Source: Nageia nagi (lineage: Eukaryota; Plantae; Pinophyta). From it: a stretch of 64,000 nt of DNA. The stretch lies in the NCBI GenBank assembly GCA_050084985.1, contig JBITNC010000001.1:62434001-62498000 (forward strand), read 5' to 3'. The translations under genes were made by a program, and so were the position numbers. The stretch's first letter is position 1, and the number at the start of each line of letters is the position of its first letter. The notes under the pieces are model-generated. The model had not been told where the DNA came from. It made no database searches and worked only from the letters and a program-made list of their open reading frames with translations. This document shows positions 1-14,150 of the stretch, one piece after another.

Positions 1-462
1 ATTTGGGCAAAACTTTGAAAGTTACTTGGGGAATAGCTGGTGAATTAGTGGAAACTACCAAAGGATGGCCATTATTATAAGCAAGAAATCACTAGGAGTA
101 GGTTGAGCCATGCTTAGAGTAGTTCAATTAGGTGAAGGATTTTCTAGGGTAGAATTAAATATAGTTGATAATGGGACAACCCTTAAGGGAATTTTAGGGG
201 ATATAATGTAGGAAATATTTCACCTATTCCTCCTTTAAGGGACTAAAAGCTCTTGAAATCTAGGCTATCTAAGGGATTTTTTAGTACTACTTCAAGTAAG
301 TCTACATTTTGGAGGTGTCAGGGTTTGAAATATTAAGTGCTTGATAGCAAAGTTGCCAAAAAGGTGATGAAAACCTTATAATCTTTGAAGGATCTAGTTT
401 ATAGCTCACCAAACATAGCTATTTAGATTATTTATGCCTATTAAATATTGAATTTAGCTTGT

Positions 463-480
463 GTCCCATCAAGCATGCCA
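463..480 (-). promoter_or_regulatory. Primer-binding site, tRNA-Arg-like (decayed)
   Basis: The minus strand reads TGGCATGCTTGATGGGAC. It differs from the recalled plant tRNA-Arg(UCU)-type PBS TGGCAC(A/G)CCCGGTGGGAC only by transitions. Confidence 0.6.
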
Positions 481-497
481 AAAATGGACTTTTCTAC

Positions 498-2406
498 TTT
501 GATCGATATGATGTAACCTCAAGGGTTTGGTCTAGTTGATTTCTCTATTGCCCATAATAGTAGGGTCCTTAAAAGAGAAAAATGGTGGTGGGGATGTGCT
601 TGTGTTGATTTTCTACTCAGTATCCAAGTCATAGGCTGATTCCTATCTATTATGAAGGTTAAAAGCAATAAGAAAGAGATAAAAAGGTAAAGAGTAATAG
701 GAAAGAGATGAACATATGTAAACTAAATGTAAATAAGAACTATATAGCTCGAGCATTGTAGCACAAGAAACAATCCATAACCAAGATTAAGAATAGTGAA
801 CTATCTTACCCTTGGGGCCTCACAATCACAAGGCACAACCATAACTTAAGACATCATTTCATACATGACATTCACAAAATGTAACAAACAACCACTTTTC
901 ACAAAGGGAAAAGCATTATCAATATCCATTATCATATATAAAAGTATCTCATAGACTTGGGAAAATTTGCTAAAATGTTTGACCTTTTGTACTTATAAAA
1001 ATCCATATTTATACATTTACATGCCCAATTGGGTAGGTATCTATCATTAATATACATAAATACTCCTCTAGATTGAAAATAGTAGGGAAAACTATTTACA
1101 ATTAATATTACAACTATGTTAAATTACATAGTAATCAAGTACTAATCAGTATTATGGTCTAAGAACTTGAAATTTTTGATTCATTGTATTGATTGAGCTA
1201 CAATCTTCCTATTTTGTCATTAACTACTCTGTCCTTATTTTATAGCTGATTGAGGATGCACTTGTATGTAGCTTGATTGGTACAATCTAATACTATGCTT
1301 TGTCAACAATTATCTACTTCTTTGCAACCATCAATGATCAACACTATATTTCTAGTTGCTTGGAGTAATGTGAGCAATGAATAGTATATCATTGAAGTTT
1401 AAGAAGAAACTACTATCGTCATGTGAAAATGAGTCATAGTTGACACATTAACAGAACCTCGAGGCTCAAACACTTAAGATCAAATAGACTTGGGTGTTAC
1501 TTCCTACCATTATTTTTCTTTCAGTCTAGAAACTTTATTTCTCTTTAGCAAGCTTTATTGATTCTTCAATGGGCCCTTAGTACCCAAGGATTTTGGAAAA
1601 AAGGTGTGACATCATCATGCAAAATCAACAAGCTTTGTTAGATTGGTTTCATGTATTATCTCCCATTGGATATGAATAGTGCCCATTATATGTAGTACTT
1701 CCTACCATTACTTATGCTAAGGCTCACTAATTTTAGCCCAAGGTTCTAACATCATTGCTCAAAATCAATGGGTTCTATTAATTCTCATCATGAAACATCA
1801 CCCACCATTACTTATCCTAGAACTTGCTATTTTTCTACAAAAATAGTGATGTCACTATTGAAAATCGATGGGTTCTATTTCATCTCCTTAATATATCTCC
1901 CACTAATATTTGGTACTCAATCGAGACTTCCTTTCAAAATGGTGGGCTCTATTATATTATCTGCTAGTGATCTAGACATGACCCAAACTTGTATTTCTAA
2001 CAACTCCTAGACTTTATATTTACAACTCCTAGAGTTTGTAAAGATACTTACTTCCCTTTATAATATTTCCTAGATATGGTATATTTGTCCTTGCTCATGA
2101 CTTAGACAAAATCTTAATGAATGATAACTTTTTTATACACATAGTTCCCAGGATTACCACAAACCTAATAGATAGTGACTAGACCTTTTGGAGAAAAATA
2201 CCTAAAGACAAACACATATATAAATAATACTAAAATGCTAATAACACTCAAAACTCTTTATACTTGACATAGTATTGACAAAAGGCTAAATACATGTGAA
2301 AGGGAAAGAGAAAATGGGAGTTAGGAAGGATTTATTGAAAGAAATGAAAGAATAAAGAATGTTAGAGTATTAACCCATACTCAAAGTGTAATTCTTAAAG
2401 AATACA
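498..2406 (-). repeat. LTR, a diverged third copy of the family at 44270-46083 and 56549-58352
   Basis: Shares blocks such as ATGTAACCTCAAGGGTTTGGTC and CAATCCATAACCAAGATTA, and a terminal GTGT.ATTCT.AAAGAATA(A)CA. Confidence 0.8.
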
Positions 2407-5400
2407 CTAATGATATCATTATGTTCATGTTGGAGAGCTATGTGTAAAATTACTTCATCCATACCAATTTTATAGAGTTTTCTCGATATAAGGGTGTATG
2501 GAATTACTTTAATGAGTAGTTTTCTTTGCTCTTTCAAAGATACACCATCAGGGAATTATCTTGATATCAAAAATGCTACTATTATTCTAATTCATATATA
2601 ACTTCTTCTACTTGAAATAAGTGAGCTCCCCATAATTCATCATCAATTTTTGAGGTTTCACCATTATCGATTCTTGATAACATATCAAGGATTGAATTTA
2701 AGTTTCCCAATTTGACAATGACTTTGAAAGTAAATTCTTGGAATAAGAATAACCAACAATAAGTCCTTCCTTATATGACTGGCTTATTGAGAAGATATCT
2801 CAAAGCCTTATGATTTATGAAAAAAATGAATGTTGTTACAAATAAATAATGATGAAATTTTTCAAGGGAATATACCATAGCTAGCACTTCTTGCTCGATG
2901 ACTATATAATTCTTCTCTACATCTACTATTTTACAATTGGAAAAATAAATTATATGGTCCATATTACCTTCATTGTGCTATGCCAATAGAATTTTGATTT
3001 CTTGAATACTCACATCTACATGGGTATGAAATTCCTTAGTATAGTAAAGAAATATTAGTCTTGGTGATTTGGATAATTTAAGTTTCTATAGGTCAAAATT
3101 TCCTTAGCATTGTTGTGACCAATAAAATGGTCAATTTTTTGTGGTTAATTCATCAATAGGGGAAGCTAAATATGCATAGTTCTTGATGAAATTTTTGTAG
3201 TAACCTATTATCCTAAAAACCTTCTTACTTATTTAACTATTTTAGGTGGGGGTATGCTCTCTAGTACCATGTTTTTTATTTGGTATACCATCAACCCTTC
3301 CTTATAAATGATATCTCCTAATAGAACTCCATATGTTGTAGCAAAGAGATATCTCCTAATAGAACTCCATATTTTTTTAAATTAAGTGATATACATAGTT
3401 TTTGATATTGTTCAAACATTAGTCTTAATGATTTGGGTATGATTTTTCATCAATACATATACTATCGAAACATCTAGATAGACTTCTAGAAAGTCATGAA
3501 TAAAGTCTTTAAATGCATAGATCATGATTTAGGAGAATACTTGTGGTGTATTTTTAAGCTCGAATGACATAACGTTATACATGAATGATCCCCATTCAGT
3601 TGTGAATGTTATTTTTGGGTGATCTTTCTTGGCAATTTGGACTTAGTGATATCTAGAAAAAATCATCAATGAAGGAGTATACTTTATTTCTAGCAATATT
3701 TTCTAAGGTTTCTTTGGTAAATGGTGTGGGAAAATGATAATGTTTTTATGCTTTAAGTTCCTAAAAGTCTACAAAAATTCCTAGATCCCCTATCTTTTTG
3801 TGTTGGATCACTATAGGGCTAATTCATTTAGTGTTATCAACTAGTGATATGATGTTTGCTTCAAGCATTTGGTCTACTATTTCCTTTACTTGTGTTTTAT
3901 AATTTTAGTTTAATCAATATGGTATTTTTCTTCATGATTTATAGTTGATTTTTAATCTTATTTGCATGATTTCAATCTCTTCATTCATTCCTCATAGTTC
4001 CATCATATTTCATATGAATCAATCTTAGTATTCTACTAATATTTTTATAATTTTGAATACCTCTTCTTTGGTCCATTAGTCTTATATTATAGCCATTTTT
4101 GGTTCCACATCTATACCGATATTCAATTTTATAGTTTTGATTTCTTCTTCATATTTTGATTTTATCTATTTCTCCATGACTACTTCTCTTTCACCTTCCT
4201 TAACTTCCTATTTAAAGTTTTTTGGTTTTTCATTTGATTCCTATAGGTCTAGTTATTTTAGAGTTTTAGCAACATTTTTTATCATTAGTAATGTATGTAT
4301 ATTTATTGGTGTTACTATAGGTTATACTATTTTGGAATAGGTCACTCATGCAAAAGTAGATTCAGTGAGTAGGAAATTTTGGATATGTAGTATATATTTA
4401 TGGGTTGAGATATGGTCATTGTAAAACTTAAATATATGAATGAATGCTTCTTATAATGTATTTCAATTAGTTGTTTCTCTTTTAAGCTCTTGGTCTATGC
4501 ACCAAATATGTGTAATAGTTCCTAATGTCTAATGGAATATGTGTACCCAGGTGTTGGATTGTAAATTGGTAAAAAAAAATTCAAATTGATTTGCAAAGTG
4601 TTATGTGCATTATGGAGTTTGTATCGCCTAAATATTTATCAATAATATTGGTGATCACATGTGGAGTTATTAAACATAATGATATGTGATACACTACCTT
4701 ATCCTACAAAGTTAGGTTTTGGCCTATGTGTACCTAACCATCTTATGGATGTTTGATGATGGTTTCTTCAAGTGTATTAATTCTATCTTTTTCATTAGAG
4801 AAGGTTTTGATCATGGATTTTGAAAATTCATGGAGAGAAAATATTTTCATAGTGTCATAAAATTTGGTAATTTATCTCAGCATACCTCATTTGAAATTTG
4901 GCATACTTGATATCCTAACTTAGCTCAACATGCTCATTTTGAATGTAACTTATGATTTCCTACATTCCACATCATTGCGATGATCTCAAAATCAATCTCT
5001 AAGGAACCACTATAAAAAGTTAGTTGAACATCATCTATGGGATTAATGTAATCCAAAAATCAATTTGATTATTTCCTTGTAGTGAAAGCATATATGTCAT
5101 TTAAATCCATCGAATCACTATCGTTGTTGCTTTTATTATCACTACTTTGGTTTGATGCTTCGATGTATGCATCACTCATAACTTTATTCAGCAAGATGTG
5201 TACTTCATAGTCATATTTAGAAAGGATAGGTTCTTGAGTTTTAATATTTATAATACCATTATTATCTACAAACCATTCAACATCTAGTAGGGTTGTATAT
5301 TCTAAATTTTTTATATCAACCACATATGTCAAATCAAATGTAGCCAATGAAATGATTCCTTGAAAGGAAAATAGCATGTCTCACAATAGTCCTAGGGACC

Positions 5401-5600
5401 AAACTAAAGAGTCATTTTCTAGTAAAATATTATATTATGTTGGTTCTAAGAGGGGACACCCTAATTGTTTCCATGTTCTAGTAGGTAGGAGATTTATATT
5501 AGCTCCTAAAATCTAGCATAATGTTCTTTGCAAGTTTACCATTCATTCCAACTTCGATAAGTATGGTTTTATTTTTTAATATTTTTAGTGCTTTACATAC
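2407..5600 (-). pseudogene. Degenerate Ty3/Gypsy pol (protease, RT, RNase H, start of integrase); non-chromovirus-like
   Basis: Minus-strand fragments: protease-like ANINLLPTRTWKQLG (~5500), RT ISPIVIQHKK...FTTEWGSFMYNVMSF...FLEVYLD (3450-3850), and RNase H EKNYIVIEQEVLAMVYSLEKFHHYL (ORF 2771-2962). Many stops and frameshifts. Confidence 0.85.
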
Positions 5601-5699
5601 CCTTTTCTCAATGTGTTTCTTATTCCAATATTTGTATAATTGTGTCAATTTTGGTAGTAGATATTCCTAATTGATAAGTTCATAAAATCATTTTAATAA

Positions 5700-7560
5700 G
5701 GTATTTTATTCTTCTATCAATTGTTGAGAATATGTTTATGGTTGAGTCACCCGATAACCTTGCTGTTGTTATTGGAGAGAAGCTATGATTGATCATTCCA
5801 TTAATGAGAAATGTTTAAATACAATAGAGAAGTAGGAGTTACATTCTCCTAGAGATAATGGAATTAACCATAAACCCTAATATTAAAATATGATACATTA
5901 GTATAAAGAATAATGTATTTATTAAATATGTAGATACCTAATGAACTAATGTATATTTTATTCTAATATTTGAATGATTTATTAGGTTGTTCAAACAATA
6001 TCATTATGTTATTTTGGATATAGATATTTTAGTTCTGGTATGATTTTTTATACTATTGGTTTGGTAAATCATGTTTTCTTTTCTCCTAATTGATTTGTTA
6101 TACATTAGATGATATATCTAGAGCATTTTGTCCTCTTAATATTAGAGTTTGGGTGTACTAGGTTATCCTGAAGGTTTATTTTGGCTAGGGCAGCTCTAGA
6201 ATTAGAAACAAATGGTACCTATTAGATGGCTTTTGTATTTGAATTATAACTATTGTTAGTTTTTGACATTCTAGTTTGCATATCCTTGAACAATTTAGAG
6301 AAATAAATGAAATTATGGTAATTCATCATTTGGCAAAATTGGAATCTAAGGAATTCCTGAGGATATGTACACTTGTATTTTTGGTGATAGAGATTTCGAT
6401 AGTTAAAATATTATGGTCATCAACCTCTTCTACCACCTTGATATCCTCCTTGATATATGTTCCCCCTACCATAGTCTCTTGCTTGGTTATAATAATAATC
6501 GTTAGGTGCATTGTATTATTCTCATGGTTGTTGTTGTTGAGCGTAGGCAATGATAAGTATATATGTGAGTCCTAACTCATCAACAAATGATATTAGATTT
6601 TGTTCTATGGCTTGGAATTTTGATGTTTGGTATTGATGTGTTGCAAATGGCCATGGGTTTCTTTGTAAATCTTCTTTAATGTCATATAAGAGATCCTTGC
6701 CTCGATATTGATGGGTCTAATGATTCAAGGATCCAAAGGTTTGATAACTTGTTTATCCATATATTGTACAATTTTGAATATCAATCACTAGATAATATTT
6801 ATTATTATGAATTCCTAAAATGTGATAATGTTTATAATATTCTTGGTTGAATTTTCTAAGTGTTGGACACCTATTGGCCATATGCCCCTCCTTGGCACAA
6901 AATTGATACGAAATTTCCCTATGTTGTGGAGGTATTGTAAAATTCCCTTACATAGATAGTTTATCAATTTTCTCTATTAGTTTCATTAGTTGACTTGATA
7001 AGTCATCCTTAATGATGTTTACCTATCATGGTTGTGATTTAGTTTTGACTACCACTTGTATATCCTTAATGTACATTGGGTATATTTTTTCCATATCTCT
7101 TTTGAATTCTATTCATAATCCAAAAATGAACCATTCAACTTTCTATTTATCTATCATTGGTTCTTGTAATCTCCTTTGATTTGGTTTAAACCTTTTATCA
7201 TACTCTTGTACTATTTCCTTGGGTCCCATGATCATTTCCTGCATTTTGCTTATGCTTTCTAGTCTAGCTTCTAGGAAATGGTATTTGACTTCAAAAGTTG
7301 CTATAACTTCATCCCATATTTTTTATCATTATACTTAAGTGATATTTTTGTTAATTTTCATAAACCATTACAATACCTCATCTCATAATGTAGTTGTGAA
7401 CTCGATAATAAATGTACCCTCATATGTAAAATGTCATCATGTCCAATTATTCTCTAGTATAAATAAATATTCCTTCACATCATGGGTATCTTTCTAAAAG
7501 ATCAATAATTTTGTAGAAGCATCCATTTGTTGAATTAGATGTGGTTTTCATTGTCATGGT
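5700..7560 (-). pseudogene. Degenerate gag of the same Gypsy element
   Basis: Decayed zinc knuckle QFCAKEGHMANRCP at ~6865-6910, upstream of and colinear with pol. Confidence 0.65.
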
Positions 7561-8407
7561 TGAGTGTTATGTTGTCATCATTTATTTGGTTAAGGGTTTG
7601 GTATTTCCTTTTGAGGGTATCGATTGAAATTCCTAGGTTGGTCCCTTTATAGTTATATATCAAAATAATTTTCTCCTATAACCTTAAAAATATATTTAAA
7701 TGATGGTTATGATACTTCCTCTATAAATGGAGTTAAGGATTATGCTTGAGTTTTGGGTCACTTAAAAGGAGCAATAAAACTTCTTAAGATTTTAAGGTCA
7801 TATAGTGACACAAGGGGCAAGGAGAAATTATGGGGGAATAGGTATTCAGCTTGCCGTATTTTCCAATTGACTATACCTATAAGGGTCATGTTATTTTTTC
7901 TAGGGATAAAGGGTACTATAACTCTTTCTATGTTTTTTGGGGTTATTTTGTTTGTTTGTTGTTTAAGAGTTTCTATCACTTCTTCTATTACCGGGTTGGA
8001 TAAAGTTGGATATTCCATCTATAACTCATCCTCCTATGGTATATTTGACACTATGTTGTAAGAGATATAAGTGAAAATAGTATTGATAATTTGGTGGTGA
8101 TATCCCCATTATTCTCTTGATTCTTTGAGAACTAGCATTAGTTAGTTGAGATAATATCTCTCTTCTCTAATATTTGCAGTGTTGAGGTATGGATTTGACA
8201 ACATCAATTGTTTGGGGTATAACATTGATTTTTGTAAGTTCCTCTATCCTAGCTATTGTTACTAGATTCTCAATATCTCTATCAATGATCTCATTCAATT
8301 GATCAATTAAGAGTTGAATCATGTTATCTAGTATGTTATCAAATCAATTTGAGAGAAGTGTTCCTTCTATAGTTTCATGTGAGCTTACAAATGATCCAAA
8401 CTAAATA

Positions 8408-10169
8408 AAATTTAATTTCCTTTACATTATAGTGTTGTAATATTTTATTTTTTTTAGGTTGTGGTATTTTATTCATAAACCTTTTCAAATGGAGATGCAT
8501 TAAAATTTAGTTGAAAGCCCCCTCTAATTTGAAACTTGCAGCACTATAGATCGAATGAGATATTTTAATCTCTTTTGACTTTGCATAGCATCTGGTCAAA
8601 TTTAGTCTGATAGACTTTTTTGATGGATAGGCTTGGTATGCCATCCTTAACTACTACAATATTCCATCACCTATAATACTTGCTTGTAGTCTTTTTCAAC
8701 ATCCTCTTCTACAACTCTATACTTCTTTAGTGACTCCTCCAACAACTCTAATAAGCTTCTCAAACATACCTCTACCTAAATTCATAGAGCTCCAACTTTA
8801 TAAAAGGTTGATGCAAATTCAATCTTATCTAGCTTAGTTATTGCAACATCATTTTGCTATTATTGTAACTCCCTATTGCCTTAACCTTCTCCACTTATTT
8901 GCATAGTAGAGAGGAAAGAGCACTGAGAGAGAAATTTGCAAGCCTAATGATCACCTAGTCCTTAAGTAGAGTGGTTGTTGCTTCCTTTCTATAGAAATAG
9001 ACCTATGACTATCCATGGTACCACATATCAACTATTACCTTTAAGCAATAGAATTATGAATACCCCAATGGCATTATGTTTATTATAGTGGCTACCCTAG
9101 TCCTTAAGTAGTGTGAAGACAATTACACTTTATCTTTGCATGGCAGTGATGGTGTCTCTATTATATTGAACCATGAAGCTTGTAATCCATTAGATGATAT
9201 TATAACATGCCTTATAGAAATATAGAGAATATTTAATTAATATCATGGTGTTTATTCATGGAGCTTCTACTATCGTATAGTTGTGTCTTATTTTCTCTTC
9301 TTTGGGCCAATTTTATGAGAAAATACTTACAGATCTTTATAGTGGTGATTAGAGTCTTTTACATGGTGTTTTTTAGCTACTTTGGATCATTTTAACCATG
9401 TGGATATGTGTTTATTTACCACTTTGAGCAATGGATTTGGAGTTATTTGCATCTTTGTACTTGCCTATATTGTATTCTTGGTTTTAAGCTCTATGTAGCC
9501 TTTTCTTGCAGATGCTCTTTGACCCCTCTATATTTCTCTAAATTCTTCCAAATCTACACCATTGGATAGAGATTTTCATGCTAATAATTTTTATGAGTGA
9601 TAGCACCAAATTACATTGAGATTTGCAAAAGTTACAGGCTATAGACTTATTTCTACCTTCACTAATATCACCCTCCTTTAGACTATGAAATTTCACTTAA
9701 TCTTTGGCTCTAGATGTTCTTACAAAGCCTTTCCATATAGATATAGTCCAAAAATTCATATTGATGCTCCAAAAGATACAAAACTCTTACCTTGAACCTA
9801 AGAAAGCCTCACTCAGAGTGCAAAGTATCATTTCAAATGAGTTCATCAATTGGTGGTTCATGAACCTTGAATCTGACCAAGTTACAACCTTCCATATAAT
9901 AGTGTTTTCATTTTCTCTAACCAAGTTATAATATTTCTAGATTTATACCCATCCCTTATCTACCAAATACTGTTGAACCCTTGACATTTTCATTTTCTCT
10001 ATTTTGTGTCCAATATTGAGCTCTTTAATTTTCTCAAAGGTCCCACATTTCCCAACTAACCTAAAACTATCAAAACCCTAACATTTTCCACATTGCACTA
10101 TTTAGCATCTAAAATTGGTTATTTTCCATCCATATTCTTCTTATTTAGTGTTTATATCTAGGAATAACA
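8408..10169 (+). repeat. 5' LTR, truncated at its 5' end
   Basis: Colinear with 10913-12672; ends ...GGAATAACA before the PBS. Confidence 0.75.
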
Positions 10170-10423
10170 TTTCATATGGTATCAAATCCCTTGGATTCTT
10201 AAGCCTCAAAATTCTTTAAATGGTCACACAACATTTTCTTGGAAGTGTTTTTCAACTAGTGGTTAGCAAACCTCAACTTCTTCATTTGGTATCAAAGCCT
10301 ATTTTTCTTATTTACCATCCTTAGAGTATGGTGACTTAAAAATTCTAACATGGTATCAAATCCTATTCAATCTAGTTGGGTTCAATGATCTTGTTTTGGT
10401 GATATGATGATATTAAGGGGGAG

Positions 10424-12672
10424 TAATATCATCTTCAACTCTAGCTTAGCTTCTTCTAGACCTCTTGTATGCCCTCCATTCATCATTCAAGTCATTTCTC
10501 TCCTATCAGGTGCTTTTAATCTATCTATGTTGTGTCCCTCATAAGCACTATAACAACACTTTTCTTTAGTATAAGAAATATGACTTCTATTAGGTACCAC
10601 AAATGCACTAGAATTGGTTAAGTTGGGTGCTTCAATGCACTTTACCAACACTTTTCTATGGAGCAAAGTGAAATATTTTATCGAGTTTTTTGCATGCAAT
10701 AGAACTGACTATGTTGGGTACTTCAATGCATTAAACCAATATTTTTTACATAAAGTAAAGCAAGCTTATGTTGGGTGCCTTCAACTACAATGAAATGACA
10801 TATTTCAAAAGGACGATTGTAGACCTATGTTGGGTGCCTTCAAATGCATTGGACCAACACTTATGTGCTTATGGAGCATAAAACATTTTACATTATGGGG
10901 AAGATTCAAGGAAATTTAATTTTCTTGATGTTGTAATGTTTTAATATTTTACTATTTTGAGTTGAAGGATTTTATTCACTAGCCTTTGTACATGGAGGTG
11001 CATTAAAAGTTGGCTAGAAAGCCCTCCAATTTGTAACTTGCAACACTCTATATCAGATGAAATATTTCAATCTCCTTTGACTTATTCCTCTATGTAGCAT
11101 CTAGTCAAATTTGGTCTGACAAAATTTTTTGATGGATAGGCTTGGTGTGCCATCCTGAGCCATTACAACACTCCACCACCTACAATCTTTTTTAGCATCC
11201 TCTTCTACAACTTTGTACTTCTTCAGTGACTCCTCCAACAACTTCAACAAGTTTCTCAAACATGTCTTTGATCAAATTCATAGAGCTCTAGCTATATAAA
11301 AGGCTAATTCAACTTTAATCTTATCTAGCTTAGTTGTTGTAGCATCATGTTGCTCATATTATAACTCCTTAATGCCTTAGCCTACTCTGCTTATTTATGT
11401 ACTAGAGAGGAAAGAACATGAGGGGAGAAATCTACAAGCCTGGTGACTACCTAGTCCTTAAGTATAGTGGTTGTTTCTTCCTTTATATCATAGTAGACCT
11501 ATGATTGCCCATGGCATCACATATCAATTTTTCCTTCAAACAGTAGAATCATGGATGCCCCAATGATACCATATTTATTATGGTGGCTACCCTAGTCCTT
11601 TAGCGGTGTGAAGACCATCACACTTTGTCTTTGCATGGCAATGATGGGTATCTATGTTATATTGAACCATCAATTTTTTTATGTGAAATTTTATAGCTTG
11701 TAATCCACTAGATGATATTGTAACATGCCTTAGAGCAATATAGAGAATATTTCATTCATCTCATGGTGTTTATTCATGGAGCTTTCACTATTGTATAATT
11801 GTGTTATTTTTTCTCTTCTTTGGTCCAATTTGTATAATAAAACACTTATGAATCTTGACAATAATGATCAAAGTCTCTTCCATGGTGCTTGTTAGCTACT
11901 TTGTATCATTTTAACCATGTGTACTTGTCTGTTTCCCACTTTGAGCAATGGATTCAAATTTACTCACATCTTTGGACATGCCTATTTCATAATCTTACTT
12001 TTGAGCTCCATGGAGCCTTTTCTTATAGATGCTCATTGAACCCTTTGAATTTCTCTAAATTCTTTTGAATCTTTACCATTGGATGGAGCTTTTTGTATAA
12101 TAATTTTATGGGTGATAGTGCCAAGTTATGTCAAGATGTGTAAAAGTTATAGGCTTTGTACTTATTTCTACCTTCATTGATGTCACCCTCCTTTGAACTG
12201 CAAAATTTCACTTGATCTTTGGCTCTATATGTGGTTGCAAAGCCTTTCCATTTGAATTTGGTTTGAAACTTTATATTTATGCTCCAAAAAATACAAATCT
12301 CTTTCCTTGAGCTTGAGAAATCTTCACTCAAAGTGCAAAGAATCATTCCAAAATGAGTTCATCAATTGGTGGTTGGTGAATCTTGAATTTGACCAAGTTA
12401 TAGCCTTCTACATAACAATATTTTCAATCATATAATATTCCCAATATTTTGGCCAACCCTTGTCTACCAAATACCATCTAACCCCCAACATTTTCATTTG
12501 CTCAATTTTGCACCCAATATTGAGCTCTTTGATTTTCCTAGAGGTTTGGCATTTTCTAGCCAACCTAAAACTATAGAAACCTTGATTTTTTTCACATTGC
12601 ACTCTTTGGCATCCAAAAATGGTTATTTCCCATATGAATTCTTCTTCTTTAGTGCTTATGTATGGGAATAAT
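10424..12672 (+). repeat. 3' LTR (~2.25 kb) with a 5' array of short hairpin-like repeats
   Basis: Starts directly after the PPT. Has repeats of CTATGTTGGGTGC...AATGCA...CCAACAC at 10520-10860. Confidence 0.7.
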
Positions 12673-13800
12673 GAGTTATCATCATACTCTTCTATATATT
12701 TTTCTACTACTACAAATCTTTCTATAGTAATATCTCCCTTAGTGTTCATCATTATTTCTAGTGGTGGAAGTTTGTCAGATGGTACTTCCTCTATCATGTC
12801 CTTATTTTCCATTGATTTAGGGTCTATCCTATCTTGGATTGTTCTTTCTTTGGTATGCCACCTACTTTCCATGTGGTTATCTACCAATTCTTGAACTTCT
12901 AATAGGTCATCTTCTGAATCTAGTCCTCATAATGAACTTAGTTCCCTACTCTTATATATATCCATTTGTAGCTTCTTCTTTTCTCTATCCCTTCATCATT
13001 GATCCCATAATTAATTGTCATATAATTTTCTTATTGTGATTGAATTGGTCACCTCATTTTTCTTCATCTTTGTGTGCTTTGTCTTTCTAAATTTTTCGCT
13101 TATCTCTTTATCATATCCTCATTTTATGAGTTCCCCCTATCAATCATCACATATTTACCCTATCATATCTTTTTCCTCATACCCTTTCCTTCCTTCATAT
13201 TAATTCTTAATTAATCCTTATTCCTATCATATTTCTTCCCTTCCCCTTGTTTACCTCCCACCTACAAGTATGAGAGAGTCTCTAAGGTAGCCCCTTTCTC
13301 AATCAAATATCCTTTACAAATATGTGGAAGGTCTTCTAAAAATATTATTCTAGTTCCCCTAATGAATCTTTCTCTTCTTGCTTCCCATGACACCTAGTCC
13401 TAAACTATAAACTTAGTGGTGTAGGTTTCCAAGGTATTATGTACCCACTCTTCAACTTTGTGCATCCAAGGCTATGTTGATTTTTCTAGTTGTATAAAAT
13501 TCACTTTATCCTACCTAATTTCTGAAATAAGAATGTGTGTTCGAAATTCTTGTTGTTTGGTTATCCACTTCAGAAGTACATCAAGAAATTCACAAAAAAA
13601 GACATCATAGATTTCATCTCCATGAACTAGGTCGATTAATTTACCTTTACTATATCCTTTATGTCAAGTAATCCACTTCTTAAAGTTTTTTAATTCCCTC
13701 AAAAATTAATTTTGTAATGATTTTCATGAAGAAAGAAAAAGTACCCGCTTGTAACTATTACTATGTATTCCACTCAACCATAAAATCCTCTATTTTGTAG
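12673..13800 (-). pseudogene. Degenerate unknown ORF in the 5' region of the minus-strand Gypsy, probably continuing at 8400-7560
   Basis: Reads KVEEWVHNTLETY...SWE...YLIEKGATLETLSYL, homologous at protein level to 26105-26300. Confidence 0.5.
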
Positions 13801-13867
13801 AAGTCCCAACAATGGAACTATTGATCCATCAAATCAGTTGCTAAGGTTATTATCTACAACCAAGAAT

Positions 13868-14150
13868 TGATGGGCAAATGGAAAAAAAGAATAAAGGAAC
13901 AAAAGATAAGCAATTTAGCCACAACAAAAAGGGATTGATTTTTTATTAATAAGAATCCATACAAACTAGTTACAATTATTTATTTATTACACACTCTTTC
14001 TACCATTGGTTCTCTTCTTATCAGGCCCATTCGATGGTCCGTGGAATCATGTCCTTTAGGTCGAAGCTAATGGAGTGGCTAATAGCATTCAATCACTAAC
14101 TACCGATTAGATTTGATGGAATTACATCATGAAATTCTCTCCTAATAACA
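13868..14150 (-). repeat. Probable short 5' LTR of the minus-strand Gypsy
   Basis: TG...CA termini. CRM-LTR homology (to 20245 onward) begins right at its right edge. Confidence 0.45.

Larger units (their letters stand above)
1..2406 (-). mobile_element. 5' end (LTR, PBS, leader, start of gag) of a Tat-type Ty3/Gypsy element; the rest lies left of the window
   Basis: 1-480 aligns by eye to 56050-56531 (gag start and leader of the element at 44270-58352). 498-2406 aligns to that element's LTRs and ends ...AAAGAATACA inside the pol of another element. Confidence 0.8.
8408..12672 (+). mobile_element. Non-autonomous LTR element with two long LTRs and a ~250-bp internal region
   Basis: Direct repeats 8408-10169 and 10913-12672. 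PBS-Met-like TGGTATCAA at 10177, 10287 and 10351. PPT AAGGGGGAG at 10415-10423 just before the second LTR. No gag/pol. Confidence 0.75.
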
